From contig CBDVBZ010000004.1 of the NCBI GenBank assembly GCA_965372355.1, positions 5,119 through 69,118 of the forward strand: a stretch of DNA of 64,000 nt, in the 5' to 3' direction. The position numbers and the translations under genes are program-made. Under the pieces are notes generated by a model. The model was not told the DNA's origin. It worked only from the letters and a program-made list of their open reading frames with translations, and ran no database searches. Of this stretch, positions 57,162-64,000 are shown piece by piece. Source of the stretch: an uncultured bacterium. Lineage in GTDB: Bacteria; Krumholzibacteriota; Krumholzibacteriia; WVZY01. Position 1 is the first letter of the stretch, and every line of letters begins with the position of its first letter.

Positions 57162-57920
57162 CTATTTCTTGATCGCGATACAGCCAATGACCATGGCCGT
57201 ATTCGTGCGTAGTTTCTCCGGCACAGCCGATTTGACCGTTCCGTGAAGGCCTTGGAACCAACGGGGTTTCAACGGGTACATCGGCATCCGCAGACCGGTC
57301 TTGAGCAGGATTCGCCGAATCCCCCGGTACCATATCGGCGGCGACGGGTTGTGTCCATAGACCCCCACAACCTGCATACCGCGCTCCTCCACCAGGCGGC
57401 ACAGCTGTGCCACCGAGAATTCGGTCTCCCAACCGGCGAACCACCGGCCCAGAAAAATCAGAATGTGTTTCAAAACGGTGTAATAATGATAACGCTGCGG
57501 CACATCGACGAGGAGCACACCACCCCTTTTCAACACCCGTACGTGATCGTCCAGCATATCGCCCGGGTTGCGGAAGTGCTCCAGCAGTCCCTGGTGAAAC
57601 ACAACGTCGAGCGACTCATCCAAAAACGGGAGATCGAACGCGTCGCCGCACACGATTCGTACGTTGTGCCGCACCGAGCGGCTCATCAGTGTTAGCGACT
57701 TCTCGCTGTAGTCCAGCGCATAGGTGATCGCGTCCTGCGACGCGATTTTGTCCGCGTCACGTCCTGTTCCCGCGCCGACCTCGAGAACTTTTCGCCCGGC
57801 CAGATCCATGTACTTTGTCAGGTTCTCGACGATTCGGTCATCGGTACCGTATACATCCTCGAGATCGCTGGAGGCTTCCCAGAAGTCATCCCAATGCTTT
57901 TTCTCTGAGGAACGTTTCAT
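57162..57920 (-). CDS. class I SAM-dependent methyltransferase
   Basis: Motif I VLEVGAGTGRD. Post-I acidic ALDYSE. Motif II/III ...VVFHQGLLEHF...LKRGGVLLV. Confidence 0.8.
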   Translation of the reverse strand: MKRSSEKKHWDDFWEASSDLEDVYGTDDRIVENLTKYMDLAGRKVLEVGAGTGRDADKIASQDAITYALDYSEKSLTLMSRSVRHNVRIVCGDAFDLPFLDESLDVVFHQGLLEHFRNPGDMLDDHVRVLKRGGVLLVDVPQRYHYYTVLKHILIFLGRWFAGWETEFSVAQLCRLVEERGMQVVGVYGHNPSPPIWYRGIRRILLKTGLRMPMYPLKPRWFQGLHGTVKSAVPEKLRTNTAMVIGCIAIKK

Positions 57921-57938
57921 CGGTGAGACGTCGCCAGG

Positions 57939-58670
57939 CTAGTAGCCGCGTCGCAATCGGTCCGCCAGCATGGGAGGCAGCCCCGCATCGAGGATTTTTG
58001 CCGCGGCCCGATCTACATCATACTCGACCCTGTGTATGTTGATTGATTTTGATTCGCTGTCGTAGACAACGTAGGCAGACCGCGCGTCTCCATCCCGTGG
58101 CTGACCCACGCTGCCGACGTTTACCATGATCTTCTTGTTCGCGTTGACCCTGACGCTATCCTCGGGAGCCAGCGGGACCACGGAACCGTTGTCAGTGTGT
58201 ACGGCTGGGAAATGGGTATGTCCAATAAAGGCAAGTGTCGGTTTCATCGCGTGAAATGCGTCTGCCGCTTCCAGAGGCTCGACGACGTAGACCCATGCCT
58301 CCGGTCTGAAAGGCGACGAATGCACAGCCACGAACTCCGAGTCGACATCAATCAGCATTGGTAACGTTCGCAGATACTCCCGTCCGTTCTCCGTGAGGTT
58401 GGCCTCGCTGTAAAGAATCCCCGCCCTCGCCACGGGGTTGAACATCTCCCGCTGTGACGGATCGATCACCGCCGCGTCGTGATTGCCCAACACGGCCCGA
58501 GCCCCGGGAAGCGAGACAAACTTTTCCACACACTCACTCGGGTTGGCACCATATCCAACAAAATCGCCCAGACAGATTATCTCGTCGACGTTCCTTTCCA
58601 TCGCGTCGGAAAGTACCGAGGTTAGCGCCTCGAGGTTGCTGTGAATGTCGGATATGATCAAGTATCTCAA
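57939..58670 (-). CDS. metallophosphoesterase (calcineurin-like, YfcE/MJ0936-type)
   Basis: MRYLIISDIHSNLEAL...ICLGDFVGYG...GNHD...GHTH metal-ligand motifs. Confidence 0.8.
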   Translation of the reverse strand: MRYLIISDIHSNLEALTSVLSDAMERNVDEIICLGDFVGYGANPSECVEKFVSLPGARAVLGNHDAAVIDPSQREMFNPVARAGILYSEANLTENGREYLRTLPMLIDVDSEFVAVHSSPFRPEAWVYVVEPLEAADAFHAMKPTLAFIGHTHFPAVHTDNGSVVPLAPEDSVRVNANKKIMVNVGSVGQPRDGDARSAYVVYDSESKSINIHRVEYDVDRAAAKILDAGLPPMLADRLRRGY

Positions 58671-59104
58671 TTGGTGTCCTGCCTGAACATGTGCACGAAG
58701 TGGTCGAGCACTCCATTTACAAACTGTCCGGCGTCCCGCGAGCTGAAGGTGTGTGCGATCTCGATCGCCTCATTGATGATGACCTTCGACGGCACATCGG
58801 GGAAATACAGGATTTCGGCCAGAGCGAATCTGATGATGCTCTTGTCGATCAACGACACTCGCTCGAGGTCCCAGTTGATCAGCCCTTCGCGAATCTTCTC
58901 GTCTAGCTCCGCGAGGTGCTCCTGCGTTATTGTCAACAGGGCGCTTGCGTACTCGACCGTTTCCTGGCCCGAGGATCTTCGCTCCACCTGCTCCCCCAGG
59001 ATCTCCTCCCACGACAGATCCGAGAACTCCGCCTCGTAGAGCACCTGGAGAACGATCTCTCTCGCCCTTCTTCGCTTGCCCACTTTCACGCTCAGCCTTC
59101 CCAC
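58667..59104 (-). CDS. nusB: transcription antitermination factor NusB
   Basis: 145 aa. RRRAREIVLQVLYEAEF...NWDLERVSLIDKSIIRFALAEILY is typical NusB. Classic position downstream of ribH. Confidence 0.9.
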   Translation of the reverse strand: MGRLSVKVGKRRRAREIVLQVLYEAEFSDLSWEEILGEQVERRSSGQETVEYASALLTITQEHLAELDEKIREGLINWDLERVSLIDKSIIRFALAEILYFPDVPSKVIINEAIEIAHTFSSRDAGQFVNGVLDHFVHMFRQDTN

Positions 59105-59559
59105 AGGTTCATCATCTCGACCAGCGCGAGAGCGCTATCCCACCCCTTGTTGCCCTTCCTGCCACCGGCGCGAGCCATCGCCTGGTCTGTATTCTCGGCG
59201 GTTACCACTCCATACGTAACCGGGATAGAACAGCTGGATGAAACCTCGGCTATGGAGAATATCACCGAGTCGCAAAGGTTGTCGAAGTGATTGGTTTCAC
59301 CACGAATTATCGCTCCCAAACAGATCAGACCATCGTATTTCCCCGCGCTGCCGAGCTTGCGCGCCATCTGCGGCACCTCGAACGATCCCGGCACCCAATA
59401 TACATCAACGTCCGAAGAGTTGACGCCGTGTTTGATCACGCAGTCAACGGCGCTGTCGACGAGGCGTTTGGTTACGAAATCATTGAACCGCCCGGCTACG
59501 ATTGCAACTTTTTTATCCGCGCCGTTGAGATCGGCCTCATGGATGTTTGGCGCCACCAT
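59092..59559 (-). CDS. ribH: 6,7-dimethyl-8-ribityllumazine synthase
   Basis: 155 aa. KVAIVAGRFNDFVTKRL...VYWVPGSFEVP...GAIIRGETNHFD. Confidence 0.95.
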   Translation of the reverse strand: MVAPNIHEADLNGADKKVAIVAGRFNDFVTKRLVDSAVDCVIKHGVNSSDVDVYWVPGSFEVPQMARKLGSAGKYDGLICLGAIIRGETNHFDNLCDSVIFSIAEVSSSCSIPVTYGVVTAENTDQAMARAGGRKGNKGWDSALALVEMMNLWEG

Positions 59560-60806
59560 TACTCCTTGCGGTCCGTTCCGTTCAACCGCTCCGCTTCGGG
59601 GAGACCGTGAAGAATATGGCCGAGTTTGTCGCGTTTTGTCGCCAGATAACGGATGTTGTTCCGGTTGGGCTGAACTTCAACCGCCACGCGTTCGACGATC
59701 TCTATCCCGTAGCCCTTCAACCCCACGACCTTCTTTGGGTTATTCGTGAGCAACCGCATTTTGCGTACCCCCAGATCACGCAGAATCTGTGCCCCGATGC
59801 CATAGTCGCGGAGATCGGGTGCAAAACCGAGTTCCTCGTTCGCCTCCACCGTGTCACGGCCCTCGTCCTGTAGTGCGTACGCACGGATCTTGTTCTCCAG
59901 GCCAATACCCCGTCCTTCCTGCCGCATGTAGAGAAGCACCCCTTTTCCGGCGCGCTCGATCTGCATGAGCGCCCTCTCCAGCTGGAGGCCGCAGTCACAC
60001 CGCAACGACCCAAACAGATCTCCGGTGAGGCACTCCGAGTGGACCCGGACGAGGATAGGCTCCTCGACGTCGATCTCACCCTTGACCAGCGCCACGTGCT
60101 GGGAGTTGTCCAGACGGTTCACATAGAGGTGAAGCATAAAAGTTCCATAGTTGGTAGGCAGGGTGGTGCTGGTCCTGTGTTCGACCAGTTTCTCGTGTTT
60201 CCTGCGATACTCGATTAGATTCTGAATCGTGAGAATTTTGAGGCCGTGCTCCTCCGCCATGCGCTCGAGCTTTGGCAAACGCGCCATATGTCCGTCATCA
60301 TCCATCACCTCGCAAAGCACTCCAGCAGGATCGAGACCGCACAACGCCGCGAGATCCACGGATGCCTCGGTGTGACCCGCGCGTCTCAAAACTCCTCCGG
60401 GAAACGCAGCGAGCGGGAAAATGTGCCCGGGACGCGCGAAATCCTCCGCTTGCGCATCCGGGTCGATTGCGGCACGGATCGTTTCCGCTCGGTCGAACGC
60501 ACTGATACCTGATGTTGTTCCCTCTATGGCGTCTATCGACACGGTAAACGCGGTTCCCAGTTTGGCCGTATTCCTCGCCACCATCGGTCCGAGATCGAGG
60601 GTGTCTAGCCGTTCGGGGGTAAGCGCCAGACAGATCAGCCCACGCGCGTGCTTCGCCATGAAGTTGATCTTGTCCGGTGTGGCCTTCACCGCAGGCAGGA
60701 TCATATCCCCCTCGTTCTCGCGGGCCTCGTCATCGACGACGATGACGATGTTGCCCTGCTGCATCTCTTTAATTGCCTCTTCTATGGTGCAGAAAACGCT
60801 CATCAT
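59559..60806 (-). CDS. ribBA: bifunctional 3,4-dihydroxy-2-butanone-4-phosphate synthase / GTP cyclohydrolase II
   Basis: N-domain [16 protein letters not shown]...[10 protein letters not shown]-domain Zn site [20 protein letters not shown] and [11 protein letters not shown]. Start taken at [11 protein letters not shown]. Confidence 0.93.
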   Translation of the reverse strand: MMSVFCTIEEAIKEMQQGNIVIVVDDEARENEGDMILPAVKATPDKINFMAKHARGLICLALTPERLDTLDLGPMVARNTAKLGTAFTVSIDAIEGTTSGISAFDRAETIRAAIDPDAQAEDFARPGHIFPLAAFPGGVLRRAGHTEASVDLAALCGLDPAGVLCEVMDDDGHMARLPKLERMAEEHGLKILTIQNLIEYRRKHEKLVEHRTSTTLPTNYGTFMLHLYVNRLDNSQHVALVKGEIDVEEPILVRVHSECLTGDLFGSLRCDCGLQLERALMQIERAGKGVLLYMRQEGRGIGLENKIRAYALQDEGRDTVEANEELGFAPDLRDYGIGAQILRDLGVRKMRLLTNNPKKVVGLKGYGIEIVERVAVEVQPNRNNIRYLATKRDKLGHILHGLPEAERLNGTDRKE

Positions 60807-60881
60807 TCCACCTCTCTGTAGCACCAGCACCCGGCGGCTCTCTGTAGCATCCGCTGGCTCTCTGGGGATATCCACGGGATG

Positions 60882-61523
60882 TCACTCCGACGCTTGCTCC
60901 CCTTGGATGTTCATCAGGTAATGTCGTACATACTTGGCTATGATATCGATTTCCAGGTTCACCGGTGTGCCGGGCTCGTACTCGCTGACTATTGTTTCCT
61001 GCAACGTGTACGGGATGATCGTAATCGTAATCGTCCTGCCCGATCCAACCCCGGCGATCGTCAGACTCACGCCATCAACGGTTATGGACCCTTTTTCAAC
61101 TGCGTATACAAAAATTTCCTCGGGCATCTCGATGGTCAGGAAGCGGTCACTGAGATCCTTGCCTCCTGGATTCTCCCGGCCGACCCTTTCGAAGGCCACA
61201 ACCCGACCCATGCCATCGACGTGACCCTGCACGATGTGTCCCCCGAGCGCCGTGTCGGGCGTCGCCGCCGGTTCCAGGTTGACGGGGCTTCCCTCGTCGA
61301 TGCTCCCGAGCGTGGTTCGGCTGAGCGACTCTCCCACGGCCGTAAACGCAAACGTGTCGTCGGCGACGGATTCTACCGTCATGCAAGCGCCGCTCACCGC
61401 GATGCTGTCACCGGGCGACAGCCGCTTCGCCAACTCGGTCGCTGAAATCGTGAATGTGTGACCAGCCGGGTTTTCCACCCGGCTCACCACCCGACCCATC
61501 GAACGTATTATTCCAGTAAACAT
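60882..61523 (-). CDS. ribE: riboflavin synthase (alpha subunit)
   Basis: Two lumazine-binding repeats beginning MFTGIIRSMGRV and ...GHIVQGHVDGMGRV. Confidence 0.95.
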   Translation of the reverse strand: MFTGIIRSMGRVVSRVENPAGHTFTISATELAKRLSPGDSIAVSGACMTVESVADDTFAFTAVGESLSRTTLGSIDEGSPVNLEPAATPDTALGGHIVQGHVDGMGRVVAFERVGRENPGGKDLSDRFLTIEMPEEIFVYAVEKGSITVDGVSLTIAGVGSGRTITITIIPYTLQETIVSEYEPGTPVNLEIDIIAKYVRHYLMNIQGEQASE

Positions 61524-61527
61524 TCAA

Positions 61528-62691
61528 TCACCGTCCCTCAACCAGACAATCGGTTATTCCTGTGTAGGTTTTTCTCTTCAAGTAGCTTATCAAGACATCC
61601 TGCCCAAAGCTCTCCACACCGGCCAGAACCGCGTCACCCGGGTCGACGAGCGAGTTGACCAGAGTCACACCTTCCGGACCAAAAACTCCCGGGGACACGA
61701 ACAACCGCAGGGCATCCCATGTCTCGCTCCCAAGGAAGCTCGTCAGCACATCTGCGCCACCCTCGACAAGGATGCTCGAGATACCCCACTCCGTCATCGT
61801 CTTTATCGCCAGTGTCTCGTCGACACGGTCGCCGCGTTTGTCACATCGAAGCACGGCGCCGCCACCGGCCTCGATCGCCCGAAACTTGTCGCCCGCTGGC
61901 TCCTCTCCGGTGATAACCAGGAAGCGCCGCCCTTCCTCCAGCCACCGGTAATCCGCCGGAAAACGAAAACGCGTATCCAGCACGACCGGCGCTGGATTCT
62001 GAACACCGTCGAGCGTTCGACAGTCGAGGCGCGGCCGGTCGACGAGGAGTGTGTTGATGCCAATCAGCACTCCCTCGTGCGTTGCCCGGAGACGATGGAC
62101 AAAGACCTGCGACTCCATCCCGGTAATGCTGTCCCGCGCCCCGGGCCGTGACGCGATCCGTCCGTCCCAAGTCGACGCCACCTTGATCGTCACGGCGCAA
62201 CCCAGGTTCATCATCCGCTTGAAATACGGCAGATTAAGGAGAATCGCCCGTGCCGCTCGGCGACCGACATCCACCCGGATTCCCCGTGAGCGGAGCGCTT
62301 CGATCCCCAGACCGTCCATCCGCGGATCGGGATCGGCCGCGCACACAACGACCCGCTCGACACCACTGCCAATGATGCGGCCGACACAGGGTGGCGTCTT
62401 GCCCTGATGGGTACACGGCTCGAGTGTGACATACAACGTCGCACCCCGTGCCCGCTCCCCGGCCCGGTCCAACGCCACGGTCTCGGCGTGGGCCAGGCCA
62501 AAGGCCTCGTGATAACCTTCGCCCACGATCCGGCCATCTCTTGCGACGACGGCCCCAACCATCGGGTTCGCCAGCGTCTTACCGGACCCGAGCCACGCCA
62601 GATCGATCGCCCGGTCCAGATAGAAATCATCGACCGTCGACGAAACGCTCGGCGTCGAGGGTCCTGATCCCTCTGGCAGAATTCGGTTCAT
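61528..62691 (-). CDS. ribD: bifunctional diaminohydroxyphosphoribosylaminopyrimidine deaminase / 5-amino-6-(5-phosphoribosylamino)uracil reductase
   Basis: CMP/dCMP deaminase Zn motifs HAE...PCTHQGKTPPC. C-terminal RibD_C reductase domain. Start taken at ATG (MNRILPEG) preceded by GGGTGG. Confidence 0.93.
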   Translation of the reverse strand: MNRILPEGSGPSTPSVSSTVDDFYLDRAIDLAWLGSGKTLANPMVGAVVARDGRIVGEGYHEAFGLAHAETVALDRAGERARGATLYVTLEPCTHQGKTPPCVGRIIGSGVERVVVCAADPDPRMDGLGIEALRSRGIRVDVGRRAARAILLNLPYFKRMMNLGCAVTIKVASTWDGRIASRPGARDSITGMESQVFVHRLRATHEGVLIGINTLLVDRPRLDCRTLDGVQNPAPVVLDTRFRFPADYRWLEEGRRFLVITGEEPAGDKFRAIEAGGGAVLRCDKRGDRVDETLAIKTMTEWGISSILVEGGADVLTSFLGSETWDALRLFVSPGVFGPEGVTLVNSLVDPGDAVLAGVESFGQDVLISYLKRKTYTGITDCLVEGR

Positions 62692-62827
62692 TCGTTCCAC
62701 CCGGCGTCAGGAGACGCCAGTTTACAAGTACCTGGGCAATGTGTGTGGAAAACTGGGGGTACGAAGAAAGCTCGACCCACGCACAACTCCGCGCGAGGGC
62801 CCGCGAGTAGCGGACACATCCGTGCAA

Positions 62828-62956
62828 CAAACCTTCTCCCATCCAGACTTTAACTGTCGGCTCCGTGATTCCAACGGATCAGTGAGCGCATGCGCTCACT
62901 CGCGGGCTTTGACCGCCGGTGGGGACTTTCACCCCGCCCCGAAGGTTTTCTCACGT
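62828..62956 (-). promoter_or_regulatory. FMN riboswitch (RFN element) in 5' leader of the rib operon
   Basis: Minus-strand read: CUUCGGGGCGGGGUGAAAGUCCCCACCGGCGGU...AAAGCCCGCGAGUGAGCGCAUGCGCUCACUGAUCCGUUGGAAUCACGGAGCCGACAGUUAAAGUCUGGAUGGGAGAAGG. This matches the FMN aptamer consensus (CUUCGGGGCAGGGUGAAAUUCCCGACCGGCGGU...GCCGACAGU.AAAGUCUGGAUGGGAGAAGG). Confidence 0.9.
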
Positions 62957-62959
62957 AAT

Positions 62960-62987
62960 ATATTACGCCGTTCCGCGCCAATGTCAA
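62960..62987 (-). promoter_or_regulatory. sigma70-like promoter for rib operon leader: TTGACA -16 nt- TAATAT
   Basis: On minus strand: -35 TTGACA (62987-62982), 16-nt spacer, -10 TAATAT (62965-62960). Ends ~5-10 nt upstream of the riboswitch 5' end. The -10 lies in a perfect palindrome CGTAATATATTACG. Confidence 0.5.
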
Positions 62988-63147
62988 GCCCCCTCGGGGC
63001 CCGTCAGGACGGACACGGGGCACGGCGAGCGCTCGAACGGATATTTCGAGCAAGCGCCGAGTCCGGCGCGCTGTCGCCAGCTTGGCGGCCGAGCGGACCC
63101 GGAGACAGCCTGGAGATGGCCACGTACGCCACGAGCGAGGTCGCGGC

Positions 63148-63173
63148 GAGCCCTCTTTCAGAGGACAGGCGAG
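63148..63173. repeat. 26-nt intergenic motif gagCCCTCTTTCAGAGGACAGGCGAG, copy B; flanked by stem GGCGAGCC(63145-63152)/GGCTCGCC(63190-63197)
   Basis: Same 23-nt core as 3248-3270. Enclosed by a complementary 8-bp outer helix whose sequence differs from the helix around copy A. Confidence 0.6.
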
Positions 63174-63214
63174 ACATGAAGCGAGGGTGGCTCGCCGTGT
63201 CCCGTGCGCCGAGA

Positions 63215-64000
63215 CTAGCCGGAGAGGAGGGCGTCTACGAAGTCGGGGGCGGAGAATTCGGAGAAGTCGTCGACCGATTCACCGGCGCCGATGAATTTGA
63301 CGGGGATGCCAAGGACTTGTTTGATGGCGATCACCATCCCGCCCTTTGCCGTGCTGTCGAGTTTCGTAAGAATGATGCCGTCGGTCTCCACATTCTTCGC
63401 AAACTCCCTGGCCTGGTGGAGGCTATTCTGTCCGAGCGTGGCATCGAGCGTTAGATAGGTATCAATCGCATCGTCGCTGAGAACCTTTCCGCAGACCCGC
63501 TTGATCTTCTTGAGTTCCTCCATCAGGTTGGTGCGCGTGTGCAACCGTCCCGCCGTGTCAATGATCACATAGTCCAGGCCTCGAGCCTTTGCCGCCGTGC
63601 AGGCGTCAAAGGCAACTGCCGCCGGATCGGAACCCTCGTCGTGTCCGATGATCTCCAGACCGAGCCGTTCCGCCCACAGGCTCAGCTGATCCTTCGCCGC
63701 CGCGCGGAATGTATCACCGGCGGCCAATAGCACTTTCTTGCCCTGCTTTTCGTAGTGCCTTGCAAGTTTCGCGACGCTCGTCGTTTTGCCGACTCCGTTC
63801 ACACCGACAACAACAACGGCCCTCGGCCAGGACGTGACCGCCGCCCCGTCATCATCACCCTCACCGAGGAGCCGGAGAAACTCATCCCTCAAGAACTCCA
63901 TGTGATCCGTGCGATCGCGGCGCGACTTGAGATCATCCATAAAACGCTCACACGCCTCGACACCAATGTCCGACCCGAGCAACAGTTCTTCGATCGTATC
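63215..64000 (-). CDS. ftsY: signal recognition particle receptor FtsY (partial; N-terminus beyond window end)
   Basis: SRP-GTPase G-domain: GVNGVGKTT, DTAGR, TKLD. Ends right after the G-domain (no Ffh M-domain), so FtsY rather than Ffh. The reading frame stays open to position 64000. Confidence 0.9.
   Translation of the reverse strand, partial: DTIEELLLGSDIGVEACERFMDDLKSRRDRTDHMEFLRDEFLRLLGEGDDDGAAVTSWPRAVVVVGVNGVGKTTSVAKLARHYEKQGKKVLLAAGDTFRAAAKDQLSLWAERLGLEIIGHDEGSDPAAVAFDACTAAKARGLDYVIIDTAGRLHTRTNLMEELKKIKRVCGKVLSDDAIDTYLTLDATLGQNSLHQAREFAKNVETDGIILTKLDSTAKGGMVIAIKQVLGIPVKFIGAGESVDDFSEFSAPDFVDALLSG

Noticed and set aside
1-64000. Mobile elements, prophage, or defence islands (integrases, transposases, RM/toxin-antitoxin, cas)
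   Set aside because: None of the translated ORFs resembles integrase, transposase, phage structural, restriction-modification or Cas proteins. The window is core cell-envelope and biosynthetic genes throughout.

Overview
This is a high-GC bacterial chromosomal segment. Almost every gene is on the minus strand, and many adjacent genes show ATGA-type stop/start overlaps, which suggests long polycistronic units. The ORF track uses ATG, GTG and TTG starts and takes the longest ORF, so several N-termini are over-extended; I trimmed them where a homologous start is obvious.

From low to high coordinates the window holds:
- **RodZ-like gene**: partial, runs off the left edge and is missing from the ORF track.
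- **valS**.
- **MglA-like operon**: a UbiA-family prenyltransferase, an outer-membrane-type protein, a TPR protein, and an MglA-type small GTPase with a long repeat-rich C-terminal tail. No mglB is visible.
- **Divergent plus-strand unit**: an LpxL/HtrB-type acyltransferase, a PimA-like GT4 glycosyltransferase and an MFS transporter. This resembles PatA/PimA.
- **Regulatory-looking pair**: a pseudo-receiver GHKL kinase-like protein and a zinc-ribbon protein.
- **recG**, divergent from **rpmB**.
- **Complete dcw cell-division/cell-wall cluster**: mraZ-rsmH-ftsL-ftsI-murE-murF-mraY-murD-ftsW-murG-murC-murB-ftsQ-ftsA-ftsZ. There is no ddl, and FtsI carries two C-terminal PASTA-like repeats. A low-GC leader region of about 370 bp lies upstream of mraZ.
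- **Glycan/glycoconjugate locus of about 23 kb** (34.6-57.9 kb):
  - an ArnT/PMT-like GT-C enzyme;
  - a Wzx/MOP flippase;
  - a FemAB-family acyltransferase;
  - a DegT aminotransferase;
  - a PglF/CapD-type dehydratase;
  - a secreted beta-propeller with a T9SS-type C-terminal sorting domain;
  - a GT2 fused to a WbaP-type phosphoglycosyltransferase with apparently degenerate catalytic motifs;
  - a Dpm1-like polyprenyl-phosphate sugar synthase;
  - a YfhO GT-C enzyme;
  - GT4 glycosyltransferases;
  - a GtrB-like GT2;
  - an NAD-dependent epimerase;
  - a DUF2723 GT-C enzyme fused to TPR repeats;
  - an LPG-synthase-TM-like membrane protein;
  - a SAM methyltransferase.
- **Metallophosphoesterase**.
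- **nusB-ribH-ribBA-ribE-ribD**, preceded by a clear FMN riboswitch and a near-consensus sigma70-like promoter.
- **ftsY**: its start runs off the right edge.

No CRISPR array, transposase, integrase or phage gene was seen. The most unusual items are the MglA-like module, a 26-nt hairpin motif shared by two distant intergenic regions and enclosed by covarying stems, the GT2-PGT fusion, and the multi-GT-C glycosylation locus. The T9SS-type sorting domain together with high GC hints at an FCB-superphylum or Gemmatimonadota-like organism, but that is an inference.
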